Below are positions 23,501 to 35,866 of a stretch of 64,000 bases of DNA, one piece after another. The position numbers and the translations under genes were made by a program. Each line of letters starts with the position of its first letter. Positions within the stretch are counted from its first letter, which is position 1. The stretch is from Phoronis australis (lineage: Eukaryota > Animalia > Phoronida). The DNA is taken from NCBI GenBank assembly GCA_002633005.1, contig NMRA01000715.1:120776-184775 (forward strand), given 5' to 3'. Under the pieces are notes generated by a model, which was not told where the DNA came from, did not search any database, and was given only the letters and a program-made list of their open reading frames with translations.

Positions 23501-26500
23501 TGGGTAGGCGCATATCAAGGTGTACTGGGTGGGTGCATATCAAGGTGCACTGGGTGGACACATATCAAGGTGCACTGGGTGGGTGAGTATCAAGGGGCAC
23601 TGGGTGGGTGCATATCAAGGTGCAGTGGGTGACCACATATCAAGGTGCACTGGGTTGGCACACACCAAGGTGTACTGGGTGGCCACATATCAAGGTGCAC
23701 TGGGTGGCCACATATCAAGGTGCACTGGGTGGGCACATATCAAGGTGCACTGGGTGGGCACACACCAAGGTGTACTGGGTGGCCACATATCAAGGTGAAC
23801 TGGGTGGCCACATATCAAGGTGCACTGGGTGGCAGCATATCAAAACTCTTGCTTTTGATGAATGGTCACATTCTTTTGCAAGTGTTGTACAGCACATTTG
23901 TTTAACATTTTTTACGGATTTAATTGATAATCTCTTGGTGAACCAATGGATAAGTATCAGGGATGTGTATAACACTGACCATCAGCTATCACATGCAAGT
24001 CCAATAATTTGTGACTGCTTGTTATTTTTTGCTTTTAGCCCCTAAACACCACGGCTATGAGCAGTGTGTGAAGAGTTGCCTAGAGTCCCTGGACAACTTA
24101 CAGGTGCCATGTCTTGACCTTTACCTCATACACTGGCCTGGGGCGCCTAAGATGAAACTAGATGACCCACGACACGCTCAACTGAGGTGGGAGAGTTGGA
24201 AGGCTATGGAGGATCTTGTTACACAAGGTATTCGACACATTATAAATTACGCGATACCTCTCTGAATTAGACTGTGCAGTTGTTGCCCTCACATTTTCTG
24301 CATAATTCAACTGTATGGAGAAAGTGTTGATTGCGGAGAATTTGTGCTGCTGCACTAATCGGCAAACAATCGGTAGCATATGCTTGCAGAGGCACGTGAC
24401 TAGTACACGGGATGATAGTCACGGTAATGTTTTTTCTTGAACGGCAGGACCATGGCCCACTTGTGCCCCCCCCATTCCCATGGCAGTGATGTTAGTTATA
24501 CCAAGGGACATTTGAAATCTCACATCCAGGACGCAGTATGGTGGACAAGTGATATTCAATTGTCTCATTTTTTTAAGAACATACTTTGTCTTGTGGTCTG
24601 TTTCATAAAAAGTGACTTAAATCAGACCTCTGTAATGGGGTTATCGTCAGATAATGTTTTGAAAACCTCCAGGTACTGACGATAGTGATAATCGTCTTTA
24701 GTTTGAATGCCTTCAGGCATTGTCAATCATGTAATCATCTTTACTTTGAAACCCTGCAGGCATTGTCAATGACCATAAGGATCTTAAGTTTGAAAAAAAT
24801 TAAAAGTTAAATTACGCCAATTCTCTTTGTCCAAAATTAATAAAATTCTCTTTTACAAACGTGTTCAAGTTAAGTGTTTGTTTCTAATATAAGTATGAGG
24901 AAAAGGAGTGTTTTCTTAATTGAATAGATTGAGTTAACTCTTTTTCTCCAAATATAGGCAAGATCAAGTCGATCGGAGTATCAAACTACACACAGAGACA
25001 TCTGGAGGAGTTATTGTCTTTCTGTCGGATAAAGCCTGCTGTTTTACAGGTAGTTTTTCTAATGTCTGATCTCTTTAATATGTTTTCATAAAAATTGACA
25101 CAAGGAAATTCATTTTCCATCCCAAAAAGTGGTAAATACCTGCAGAAATTTTAGACGTCTTCCTCAGTGCATACTAGGGGGCGCTGTACACAGGATGTTG
25201 TTATGTGTTGTGCTGATTATGTGCTACAGGTATTTACCACTTTTTGGAAAAATGAATTTCCCTGTGTCAGTTGTTATTCACTGTGCTGATGAAACTTCTT
25301 GAAGATATTTTCGTATAAGGTTTAGTTATTTAAACTGTCCATGCTGACCAAAATTATTTCATCTTCTAAGATGATGCTCCGAATCTCATTATGGCAGGGG
25401 CATGTACCTGGTGAATTTATTTCAGAGTCCATTGCACATTACAATTACCTGACTTCTCTGTATTGCTTTTTTATTATTATCTCTGATCTGGATGTGAGCA
25501 GCTGTATGTGAAACTATTAAAATTTTAGTGCATGCTCTTATGTTCGGAAATCTCAGGCGGTCAACTGATTTCTGAGGACTGCCGATCCTGCATCGAGGGG
25601 TGGATGCCAAACACAAGATTTGAAAACAGCAAAAATGGCCACGTCGTACTGTCGTAAATGTGACCCATTCCATTGCGTGCACCTTTGTAAATTAAATGTA
25701 CATTCACACATTCATTCTCTACTCAGTTCCTCCTGCCGACGAATGAACATGCAATGCAGACAACCCCATGGACTGGCGGCACAAATTTTCACCGATCTTG
25801 TCAAATTTTTGCCAATGAAACAAGTCCGGCTTCTGAGTGTCTGTTAACTTCCTCTATTTAAGCACGTGTCTGATGTGTGCTGAATGCTGTTGTGGCAAAT
25901 GCACTGATTTAACGTAATAAACGGAATAATTTTGAATCAAAGGTAATCAATTTTGGAAAACGGATATTAATTTAAAGTTTTGAAGTCAAAACGAATTTTG
26001 CAATGAATTTATAGGGAATTATTGACTGACTTTGATACTCGCAGGGGTGACTTCGTGGCAACTTTCCCAGTGCAGGTCGCCAGTGGAATCTCAGATTGTG
26101 TTTGGCGACCTGTTTGTGATATAAACAGATATAGTGTCCTGTAGGCCTGGGACGCCCTCTTTGGTGATTATGTGACACGTACACAATTTGTCATATATGC
26201 TCCTCTACTGTCACAACTGAGAGAACCATCCATGCCTGATGTGCACTAGAGATGGACACGGTGACATGTATTGCCCTCTGTTATCAGGTGGAGTATCATC
26301 CCCATCTAGTGCAGACTGACCTTGTTGACTTCTGCAGACAAAACAACATACACTTCCAAGCATACTCTTCTCTTGGTACTTCTGCTGTTGATAACAAGGT
26401 AAGTGCAACTCCTTAGGTTCTGCAAACACTCTCCAGTGACTGTTGTTTTAAGTTGCTGGTGCTGAGTTTAGCAAGTTAGATGCCCATTGGCTAAAATTCA

Positions 26501-28178
26501 AATTAAAACAAATTTCTTGTATGCTCTACACGAAATGAATTGCGATTTTTGATCTGGGTACCACAAAAATTCCAAAGCTATCTGCCATCGCATGCTTTAA
26601 CGATATTCACAGAAAAAAATAATCAGCGTGCCTAGAAAAATCTGAAACATTGTCAAGTGCTAATTACCTGAACTTGACCTTTACCGAGTGCATGGTGATA
26701 GGATTACAAATAGAATGGTCGAATTGGCTCTGTAGGAAAAGTGAAAACAAACAACGAACTTGCCAAGGTTTTATTCATTAAAAACATTGCGTTACTGATA
26801 TTTATGTTCGATCGTCAAAGTCTGATAGCCATATTTCAGTTTCAATTCCGCCCTTTGGTCGTTCTGGGAAATACATGGCATATCATTCTTTGTGATGAAT
26901 ATTCTTGAGACATAATGGTCATAAAATTGGCTTACTTTTGTGGAAATGAAATGAAGACAATGTTTGTTGAGAAACTTCAAAACTTTGTAAAAACTCATAA
27001 AATCCTGTCTAGTTTTAATTCTAACATTTTAAAACCAGTCATAAAGCTTAAAAAACAAGGGTTCAGCATCTTGAAAACAAAATGAATGATGTCAGCACTC
27101 AGATGTCATGCTGTTGAGTACAATAGAAAAGGACTGGTTTTATACTGGGAGAACTAAACTTGTTTACTTAAAATACTAGGTTCTAGCAGCTTTTGCAAAA
27201 GGAATTGTATTTTGAAGCTTATCTTTGTTGCAGCTACTGTCTGACCACACAGTTAAAGAGATTGGTAAAAAGTATCAGAAAACAGCTGCCCAAGTATTGC
27301 TACGCTGGGCTGTGCAGCAAGGAATTGGTAAATGTCATTTAGTTCTTGTACTTACAGTTCAACCATGACAAACGTCTTGATGTCAATCTCTCCAGCAGTT
27401 TAATCACCACTTTTCATATAGTGTTTGAAGAACTGTTGTGACATATGACTTAATCAGATGATTGACAGATGGTGCGATTCCAGATGAGTGACAAATGGTG
27501 GGACTCCATGAAAGTGTCGTATTTGATTCGTTTTTCATTTTGAACTAGAAGTCATTTTCTGAAGTTTTTTGAAAAGTACATTATTTCAAAACTTTCATGT
27601 GAATTTTTGGTTTTACTGTCTGTATTTGCATGCCTCTTTCAGATCACGGCAGTTACACGAATGTTAGCCATTTATAAAATATATTTAAGAAGAAACAGTT
27701 TCCTCGCTAGTTCATAATGACAACTAGTTCGTTGACAGGCAGGCACCGTTGGCTACGTTTCATTATACAGTAGTCGTATGTTGGGCCAATGTTTGGTTAC
27801 TTGGGCAGTTTGCTCACACGCCGACAGTAGTGGGATATAACGTGCCCACATTTTGAGAAGCAGTTTGATGCTCATAATTCAGTGGAGAAAACTGGTTCTC
27901 AAATGTTGGCACGTTTTATCCCTCGATTGCCTATCCGTCAACTAAAAGGTTTGCATATTCGACTATCAGGAGAATGTAGTCAGATTATTTGTGAAGTAAG
28001 CTGGCAATTGTAGAACCTTTTTTTATTTTCAGGGGTAATACCCAAGTCATCTACCCCAGCTTACATCCAACAGAATATTGACATTTTTGATTTTGAATTA
28101 TCACCAGAGGATATGAACAGAATATCAAGGCTTGATCAAGGTACCCATTACTGTTGGTATGCCAAGGACATTTTATGA
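20504..28178 (+). CDS. Aldo-keto reductase (AKR1/AKR5-like NADPH-dependent oxidoreductase), 8 coding exons, 290 aa
   Basis: Exons 20504-20558, 21676-21753, 22649-22756, 24039-24227, 24958-25049, 26288-26398, 27234-27327 and 28033-28178, all GT-AG, total 873 nt in frame. Motifs MPLIGLGT, GYRAIDTAWGYRNE, FLTSKL, LDLYLIHWP, KIKSIGVSNY, QVEYHP, AQVLLRWAVQQG and IPKS. Catalytic D-Y-K-H tetrad intact. Confidence 0.96.
20998..21150. repeat. 30-bp minisatellite x~5 (intronic)
   Basis: tatgcacctctgttctctgtgtcacctcac and variants. Confidence 0.9.
21818..22224. repeat. 21-bp minisatellite x~19 (intronic)
   Basis: gcgctgcgtcactggtcaca(g) unit. Confidence 0.95.
23420..23843. repeat. 24/25-bp minisatellite x~17 (intronic)
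   Basis: caaggtgcactgggtgg(g)c/tgcatat unit. Confidence 0.95.
25096..25269. mobile_element. Small palindromic MITE with central CTCF-like motif
   Basis: ~45-bp inverted arms tgacacaaggaaattcattttcc..caaaaagtggtaaatacctg / caggtatttaccactttttggaaaaatgaatttccctgtgtca, with actagggggcgctg at 25173-25186. Confidence 0.75.
27832..27921. repeat. Short inverted repeat (~33-bp arms), likely MITE core
   Basis: ggatataacgtgcccacattttgagaagcagttt vs aaactggttctcaaatgttggcacgttttatcc. Confidence 0.75.
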
Positions 28179-28183
28179 TATCA

Positions 28184-28277
28184 GATAGCAGTCAGTTTGT
28201 AGAGGAGATGATATCGGATACCAATCTGTCTGTAGAGGAGATGATGTCGGATAGCAATCAGTCTGTAGAGGAGATGA
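28184..28277. repeat. 33-bp tandem repeat x3 immediately after the AKR stop codon
   Basis: gatagcaatcagtctgtagaggagatgat.tcg unit. Confidence 0.88.
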
Positions 28278-29197
28278 CTAGGCTACAGCCTGTCATCGGG
28301 AAAAACAGAAATACAAGAGACCTTCAGTCCATCTGATGTCAGCTTACACGGATACCCAACCCCGATCTGTTGGAGTACACTCCAAGCTGGTTTTGTGGTG
28401 TTCCTCCAGTAGTGCTGCCCATGAATGACAAAATGCTTAGTCAACTGAAACCCTTTCACACCCTGGAGTAACTTATCTAAAGCGTTGGTCACACTGGCAG
28501 ATTGAGTAAACTTCGTATTACGCAAGTGTCAAATTTGCTCCAAAAATTTGAGGATAGACAGTGGTAACAGAATTGTTTTTCAAAGCTACGAAATTGTAGT
28601 TATTATCTGTTAACGACCAAAAATGCAGTTTAGACTTCTTTTAAATACACACAGGAATTGTTGTCATTGTGAAGAGTTATCATTTAAAGTGCTACCCTAA
28701 CAATGTCTTCAGTGGTACTTTTGGGTGTACTATTACTAATTACTGATCAGATACATGTAGTTTTTCTCAGTTCATTTCTGATATGGTAATTAATACAGGT
28801 GATATTTCAGTTATACACGCCTGTCATGGGTATTTAGAAGCAGTTTTTATGAAGCCCTGTTGGATGCTTACCTGTGCTGTTATGTAATTCGGGTTGTTCC
28901 TTATAAGTATTGGGGGCTAAAATCCACGTCAGACGGGCTTTAAAAATTCAGGTGTGAGTGTTAAACTAATGCGGGCATTAACCCAAACGAGTCTGATATC
29001 CTTATCATGAACAGGTGAAAGTATTTCAAATTCTTTAAGAATAAGAAACCAACACATTTTGCAGGTCACTCCAACTTGCAACAGTGGGCTTGGCAGCTCC
29101 ACCGTGTCTGCTTTATGTAAAGTGACCTGTGACTTAAGTCTGCAGCCAAGTGTAAGGCGTATTGAAATGAACCCTTAATTGCAAGTTGCTCATATAA

Positions 29198-30165
29198 TTT
29201 TTATGCCCTACATAGTTATATTATGTGGTCGCATATTGCCGTCATCTCTGGATGTCTGTCGTCCGGCATCCGCAGCTGTATCTCCTGAACCCCTTGCAGG
29301 ATCTTGATGAGATTTGTCAGATGTGTTCCTAGAGCTAACGACAAATAACGACAAATTTCGAACCTATCCGACTACTGTTGTGCCCCCTAGTGACAGTTAT
29401 TGTTTTTGCATTTACTTCTGTATCTTCGGAGGTCCTCAACGGATTTTCATAAAATTTGGTGAGATGATGCTATCCTCCTGTTTTCGGATGGATTCGAGGT
29501 ACTTTGCGCCACCTAGTGGTCATTTTCACTGTTTTCGGTGTCCACCCTTCTATCAAGCAAACTGCTCTAGGTACGATTTTCAAAATTGGCATATACGTTC
29601 TTACTGTGAAGAGTGCGGCTGACGATAATTTGCCCACGACTTTGACTACTGTGGCACCTACTAGTGGCAGTTATTAATGTTTGTTTTTGCACCTATGACT
29701 GTATCTCCTAAATGCTCTACAGGATCTTCATTGAGTTTTGCTGGTGTATTTATTTGAAGTTTACAACAGAGGACTGTTTTCGAGTTTGTTTTTTGGCGTT
29801 TGGCCCCTCTGTCAGCCAAACCAATCTAAGGATGACTGTGGAAATAATTATTGGCATGTATGTTCCTAATGTGAAAAGGAGGTCTGACGATTTTTTGACG
29901 ACTTCATCTACTGTGGCACCTCTTAGTGGCAGTTAAGTTTTTTGCGCCCATAGCCACCTAGTGGCAATTTTATTTTTTTTTTGTTTTCCTCTCAGAAGTT
30001 CCTTGAAGCATTTTTATGAAATTTGGTAAAAACTTTGATGACACATACCAGTTTTCAGATGGATTCAGCCCACTTTGCGCCATCTAGTGGCCATTTTTAT
30101 GATTCACATAAACCATTTGGGGTGCATTTCTTGGCGCATTTCAGTGCCAGAGGGTTGCTCTTGTT
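29198..30165 (+). mobile_element. Helentron-associated non-autonomous element (HINE / DINE-1 / pearl-like), copy 1
   Basis: Starts ttttatgccc + short hairpin + gtc-rich tract, has internal degenerate tandem units, and ends ggcgcatttc...gttgctcttgtt. Homologous to 36503-38117. Confidence 0.75.
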
Positions 30166-30421
30166 ATAAAATATTTCTAAACTTGAATATGCTTACAAAT
30201 TACATAGCAAGAACTTTATTCAGTGATGGGAAAGTCAAACTTTCTCAGGTGTCTCTTTGTGAAACAGGCCCGACAGGTACTTCTGTTTTGACACATTGAG
30301 CCAGACAGTGGCTGGTACTCAATGTTTTATAATTTGAATATTTAAAAAAACCAAGCTGTTGGACCCATGTGGTTCTATAATAAGGTAGGTATTAAATCTA
30401 CACACCATACCCACAGATATA

Positions 30422-30464
30422 CATGTGTGTGAGTGCGCGCGCGCGTGCGTGTATGTGTATACAC
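30422..30464. repeat. Alternating purine-pyrimidine (TG/CG) microsatellite
   Basis: catgtgtgtgagtgcgcgcgcgcgtgcgtgtatgtgtatacac. Confidence 0.85.
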
Positions 30465-30612
30465 ATTTAGTGGATTTTGGTAGCAAGGCTTCTCATAGAA
30501 GACCTTCGCCTTGGTTGTAGGGCGCTTTCGCCGTTATTAATGTTTTGGTAAAACTTTACCTTTGGCAAAATGAATAACATCAGGACATGTTTATGCATTT
30601 AACAATAGGGTG

Positions 30613-31206
30613 TTAAATTTCTTTGGGATTAAGTCCGAATTCCAAAAGATTTTTCTTAGTCTTCAGGTGAATCAGTGCCACCTCGTTGTCCCATCGTGTC
30701 TTTGATTTGGACAGCTTCTCCTCCAAAGAATCTAGTGCACTTTCAAACACCGACTCATACGCCAGAGTCATTTGGTTAATCAAATTTTTCAAGCGCGCTA
30801 TGTCTTCGTCTTTTTCACGCTCCATTTTGTTCTGGGCCTGTATCGTCTGCGTCAGTTCGTTTTGTGTTTTTTCTAACTTTGTTCTCGTTTCGTCAAGTTC
30901 CGCTGTGAGTTGATCGATTTTGTTGCCCATTTGGCTTTGCATCGTCATGTACAGTCGCGTCAAGTCAGAGCAGACTTCTTTATTGTCGTCTTTTATAGAC
31001 TTCAGTTCTATTTTTGCATCCGACATTTCTTGTTGAAGGATTGCTTCACCTTTTATAGCGCGACGTGCGTTGATTTTTCGCACAGCAAGCTGGTCACGGA
31101 GTGCGACGATTTCTACTCTAGTCTTTTGCAACTGTTCTTCAAGCTGTTGTTGAACATCGTTAACTGCCGCCTTTTTCTTCTTGCCCTTTGTGGGTTTCGG
31201 GGGCAT
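30613..31206 (-). CDS. CCDC153: Coiled-coil domain-containing protein 153 (dynein regulatory complex subunit DRC12)-like, 197 aa, single coding exon
   Basis: MPPK..KGKKKK N-terminus; ALRDQLAVRK..ARRA, YESVFESALDSL..KL, WD and FGLNP motifs. Length and coiled-coil character match my recollection of CCDC153. Confidence 0.85.
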   Translation of the reverse strand: MPPKPTKGKKKKAAVNDVQQQLEEQLQKTRVEIVALRDQLAVRKINARRAIKGEAILQQEMSDAKIELKSIKDDNKEVCSDLTRLYMTMQSQMGNKIDQLTAELDETRTKLEKTQNELTQTIQAQNKMEREKDEDIARLKNLINQMTLAYESVFESALDSLEEKLSKSKTRWDNEVALIHLKTKKNLLEFGLNPKEI

Positions 31207-32793
31207 TTTTGTTCTTTTTGGCTGTGCGCTGTGACCTGTGTGAACTGTTTATCTGAAGTATTCTCAAGTTTGACAGCACGTAGCTTCATCATATTGACCA
31301 CGTGCATATTACACAATTTTGACATGGTGACGCGCCTCAGCATTTGTGACCCACTAGTTTCAAGGGAAGTTCATTTAGATGCAATATGACTGGGTAGTAA
31401 ACAGACAGGTGACTTGAGCTAGCACAACTGTATAATGACAATGTGTTCACCCAGTTTACTCGGCATATTAATACAAAATCAATGATTGAGCGCAAATTTT
31501 CGTCGCCAATTCTTAGCCTTCCGAACTGCGGAATTAACCATTAAAAAGTCGCTACACGTGTTCTGCAGCTGAACTGGTGTTAGATGTGATAGGCTTCAGT
31601 ACTATGGTCGGCGATAGCCATCAATGAGTGAAGGTAGCATACAGAGAATAAGTGCACGATCGTAGTGCTTAATTTTGTATAACTTAGATTTGTTTGGAGA
31701 AGGGTCATATAGATCAGGGCAGAGGGTTTGGGGGACTTGGTGGCGGACCAGGTGGCCACTAAGAGTTGCTTGCGCACCTTTGTAAGTGCCGAAGAAAACC
31801 GTTTGCTTCAGTGACTGGGGTTTGTCCTACATTTCCCCATAACAATATCAGTGTCCTACTTTTTCATTAATTTTGTTATTAAGATACCCCTATTCTTCCC
31901 TATTTAGTACTGCTAAACAAAAACCCGTAAATTCGTCACTTGTTTACCGTGTAAACACCAACTGTTCCAGAAGGTCCACTGCTATTTTGGTTGTTTCCGA
32001 CTGCTGTTGAAGTGAATGGAAATTTAGTCCCGGCTTTCGGATGTAGACCACTTACTGCTATCGGATCCCGGAGAATTATTTTTGCCCATGTTTCATCGCG
32101 CATCAAATCTGACACGGCGTCAAGCCAACTTGTTCTGCTGAGAGCCAGGTCTCGAGTTGCCTCTGGGTCTCTGGTGAATCAAACAAATGTTTGTGTGTAG
32201 TTGGAAAACGGCCAGGCTTAATCAAACTGTTAGCCTGGGGCTTGGATCACTGTTTGTATTACCCGTATAATACAATTTTCATACAAGGTACTCTAGATTT
32301 CAAAATTTTGTAATTTACTGGAAAATTACGAGAACAATAGGCCTTACCTGCATGAGAAAAGATCTTTCAGTAGATGTGGATGTGGACATTGGAAAAAAAT
32401 GCCATTATAGTGGATTCAAAGTAGTTTTTTCGAAACCTTCAACTACACCCGAGAGCTCATAGGACTATGGTGTCGCCGACAGTGCCACTAACATGTACGT
32501 GCAACGCTTCCAAATGAAGGCGTCGCAACGGCCGGACGAAGGCGTCCAACTGCTAGTCGCCGGCCAAATCCCCGTCGACCATAACGAGGTCTTGCCAAAG
32601 CAGTCACCAGGTGGCGAGATCGTCTGGTATACGTGTCGGCTCACCTTATCCAAGAACTGACAAACAACATGTGGACAGTGACGAATGGAAATAGTTCGAC
32701 AGATTGAGGCAATGTACGCGAGAAGAGGAAGTAAAATAAAGAAGCCGTACATGTAAGCGCGGGGATGGTCCCTTGGAATTGTTACAGGCGATA

Positions 32794-33807
32794 CAGTGGC
32801 GGATCTAGGATATCACAAGGGGGGGGGGGCCAACATTTTGTCCGGCTGGAAGCATTTGCGCAAACTGAACCACAATTGTAGATGCGCATAGCACCGAATG
32901 GGGGGAGGTCGGGAGGGGGGTTTGCCCCCCTCCCGCCCAGGAAATTTTTCTGTTTTTACCTCTAAAAATCAAGCATTTGCCTTGATTCCTGAAGTATTAT
33001 CCAAGAAAAAAAGGCGAAAAAAAAAACACGGAGAACGTGTCAAACAGGAAAAAAATGCATGTCTCAAAGACTCGAACTCACGACCTAGAGGGTAGCGCGC
33101 GCGTACGTTACCACTACACCACCACGATTTAACTACAACTCTCATACTAAAAGACTTACTTGTTTATGGGCCACAGCGTTTGCGCGCGTAACCTACTTCT
33201 TTTTGTAATGCTTATTACACGTTTTATATTTTGTGCCATCAATTCTTAACAAATTTGTCGTATTTGAAATAGTCTTCAAATGCCCAAAAGACCAAATCCA
33301 TTTTTCGTGTTGGCAATAATGACGGGATTGCTTTGGAAACCGTCTTAAGATAAGGTTTGACAAAGAGAGTATTGCGAGTTTCTGAGTGATTCACTAAGGC
33401 TTCGATTAAAATTCACATCTTACCAGCAGCTTCTGTTTTTTCATCGCCACTCAGGTTCCATTTTCTTTAAAAAATGAAGTAAAATTTCTTCATTGTACAG
33501 TGGAGCAGACGGAAACGGAGTCGTAGTGCACAGCGCCGCTGCCGGTCGCCTAGGATATCGCGGGAGATTCTATACTTAGCCATAGTTCCGTTACGAACGC
33601 GCCGTGTTCCGAATTTGACACTTGAAATTGGATTTGAGCCCCCCCCCCAACACTAAAACTGCACACATTTAAATCTCTTTTCATCCGTATAATTTTAATT
33701 ACCGGGGTTAATTAATAAACTCACCATTTCCGTACGCTCTTACTGTTTTATTTTTTTTTGCGGCAGCCAAGGGGGGGGGGGCCGGGCCCCCCCTAAATCC
33801 GCCTATG
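32794..33807. mobile_element. hAT-like non-autonomous element with 5-bp TSD (CGATA)
   Basis: TIR cagtggcggatctagg / cctaaatccgcctatg, G/C runs inside both ends, cgata at 32789-93 and 33808-12. Confidence 0.85.
33054..33125 (-). pseudogene. tRNA-like (Pol III A/B box) sequence carried inside the hAT-like element
   Basis: Minus strand gtggtggtgtagtggtaacg...ggtcgtgagttcgagtc: A box and B box, but no clean cloverleaf. Confidence 0.55.
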
Positions 33808-35470
33808 CGATAATGTCGTGCCTTTTTCGTCTGTCACAGAACGACTGACCTAGGCTAATAAGGAATACACACTGACGTTGACTTAGGCGAAGTGAATGCA
33901 TGCTATGGTTGTTATGAGGTTATGATCTCCCGCCAAGTATAGTGTATTGTCTGTACCAATCCAATGCGATAGATGGCGCTAGCTTACATTGTAGTCCAGC
34001 GTAAACTACTGCCAACCTTTACTTTTATCTGGTCGGTCATCTACCCATGTTATCACATGCGGGTATTATCATTTGAAAAAACATGACACTAGCTTGTTAT
34101 GTGAGGCATCAGAAACAATTCCATATATCGCATTTATGTTGTTGATAACCTGCTGCTTCCCAACTTCATCCGATAACCGAGATTTCCCAGGAGTTTTCCA
34201 CGGCCAAGGTTTCTCAAGCCATTGTCGCAGTGATTTTCCACTCGCCTGAGTCAGCCTGAGAGCACATGCAAGACGAAACTCATATTTGTACCCCTAAAGC
34301 AACGGCATCGCTCTCGTTGAATTGTTAGCAATACACTGCTTCACTTTAGCGAATTGGCGGCGCACCACAGGGGGCTGGGAGGGCCCCCACTTTTTTCAGT
34401 GCTGCGCCACCCATGTATCGCCCATTACCAATGTCTCAACTTCACCTTGGCAGCCGTACTCTGGCGAATCCCCGCGGGTGACAAGCAATTTAATCATGAG
34501 TCCGCATGACGCAATATCAATCAGTCATATCAAGCCCAAAAAACTTGTAAATGGCCAAATAGCATAAGGCTAGTCACGTGTCTGGTCTGTTCCTCCTCGC
34601 TTGGAAACATGTACCAATAATCATTCAAAAACGCGCTTTCTTTGATTCATCGATTTCATCAATTTGTGCCATATTGATCGTCACCAATTGGTGCAATTTT
34701 TAATCTGTATTGCTTAAGTGTTTGAAGGTATTCATTAACAGCTCTGACCAGAATGATTCAACTCTGATGCAAGAGTTGGTCCAATGTTTGTTATTGCCTG
34801 TGGCTGAGTTCTTTACCATTTACACAGCAAATTACTAGGACTCAACACGCTCGGTTATTTTTCTTGTTTCTGCTAAAAACGTAGACGGTAATAACTGTTC
34901 CTGTCTTACGTGAGTTATCCTTGTTGGTTGTAAAGTCAGTGTGATAATGAAAAAGTGAAGCATTTTTAATTCAGTTTTTACACAATTGTGTGAACTAAGA
35001 TTGGTGTATAATGTAACGTAAGACTATATCGACAAGTCCGTGTATTTAGCTAAGTGTCTACCAAACTGTCGAATTTAACTCGGTGAAAATGTTTAACTGC
35101 AATTGGGAAACAGTGCACAAAGCATACTAGTGTCCAGCGTTCGAAATACACGCTGGCCCGGTGTTCCAGGTTCAGTGGATTTGCCGTCGGGACAGTAACT
35201 TTTTAAGTTAACTTCGAACCTGCGCCAGTAAATTTTCTGACTAACTGGCCCGGCGGGCCAGCACATTTATTTGGTGAAAGTTACATACAACGCTGATCAG
35301 ACATTTCTGAGGTATGGAGTAAAAAATTTGCCAAATTATTCGGGCTTTACATAACCTTAAAATGTTCGTGTTCATGTTTGTTTTTGGTTGAGTTTGTAGA
35401 TGCTTTTACAGTTTTTAGAGCAGCGAATGTTTAAAGATGTGTTCAGGAGAATATTATCGTCTTTAGTATC

Positions 35471-35866
35471 AATTACGATTTTCTGGTTATCTTAGGTTAA
35501 TTTTCAAGTTAATTAAATTTCTCCGGGTTCTTAATAATTCAATGCGTGCCTCATTCCGGAAATGACGTTCACGGCTCGAACCGTTCCCTGCGGATATTGT
35601 TGATCGAATACTATTTTCCTAACATTGCCGTAATTTCTCGGACGGGTTTTGCCATCCACTTCTCTACTCTCAGGGAGCTCATAATGCTTGCTTTCCGGTA
35701 CGCAACAACTTAATTTCATGACGCACCCAACGTAAAACCCAATCTGAAACGGGTGTAAGCAAAGATGGCAAAGAATGATTCGAGCCCCAAACTACGCATG
35801 AATAATTAGAACCTAGGGAATTTAATTAACTTAAAATTGTCTAGGGTAACCAGAAATTCGCAATTT
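35471..35866. mobile_element. MITE-like element with ~75-bp imperfect inverted arms
   Basis: 35471-35548 is the imperfect reverse complement of 35793-35866 (ttctggtta.c.tag...aatttt.aagttaattaaatt...ggttct). Confidence 0.7.

Noticed and set aside
21818-23843. Regular repeat arrays resembling CRISPR, or Cys/His/Trp-rich ORFs
   Set aside because: Head-to-tail minisatellites without unique spacers, inside AKR introns. The ORFs are by-products of stop-free repeat units.
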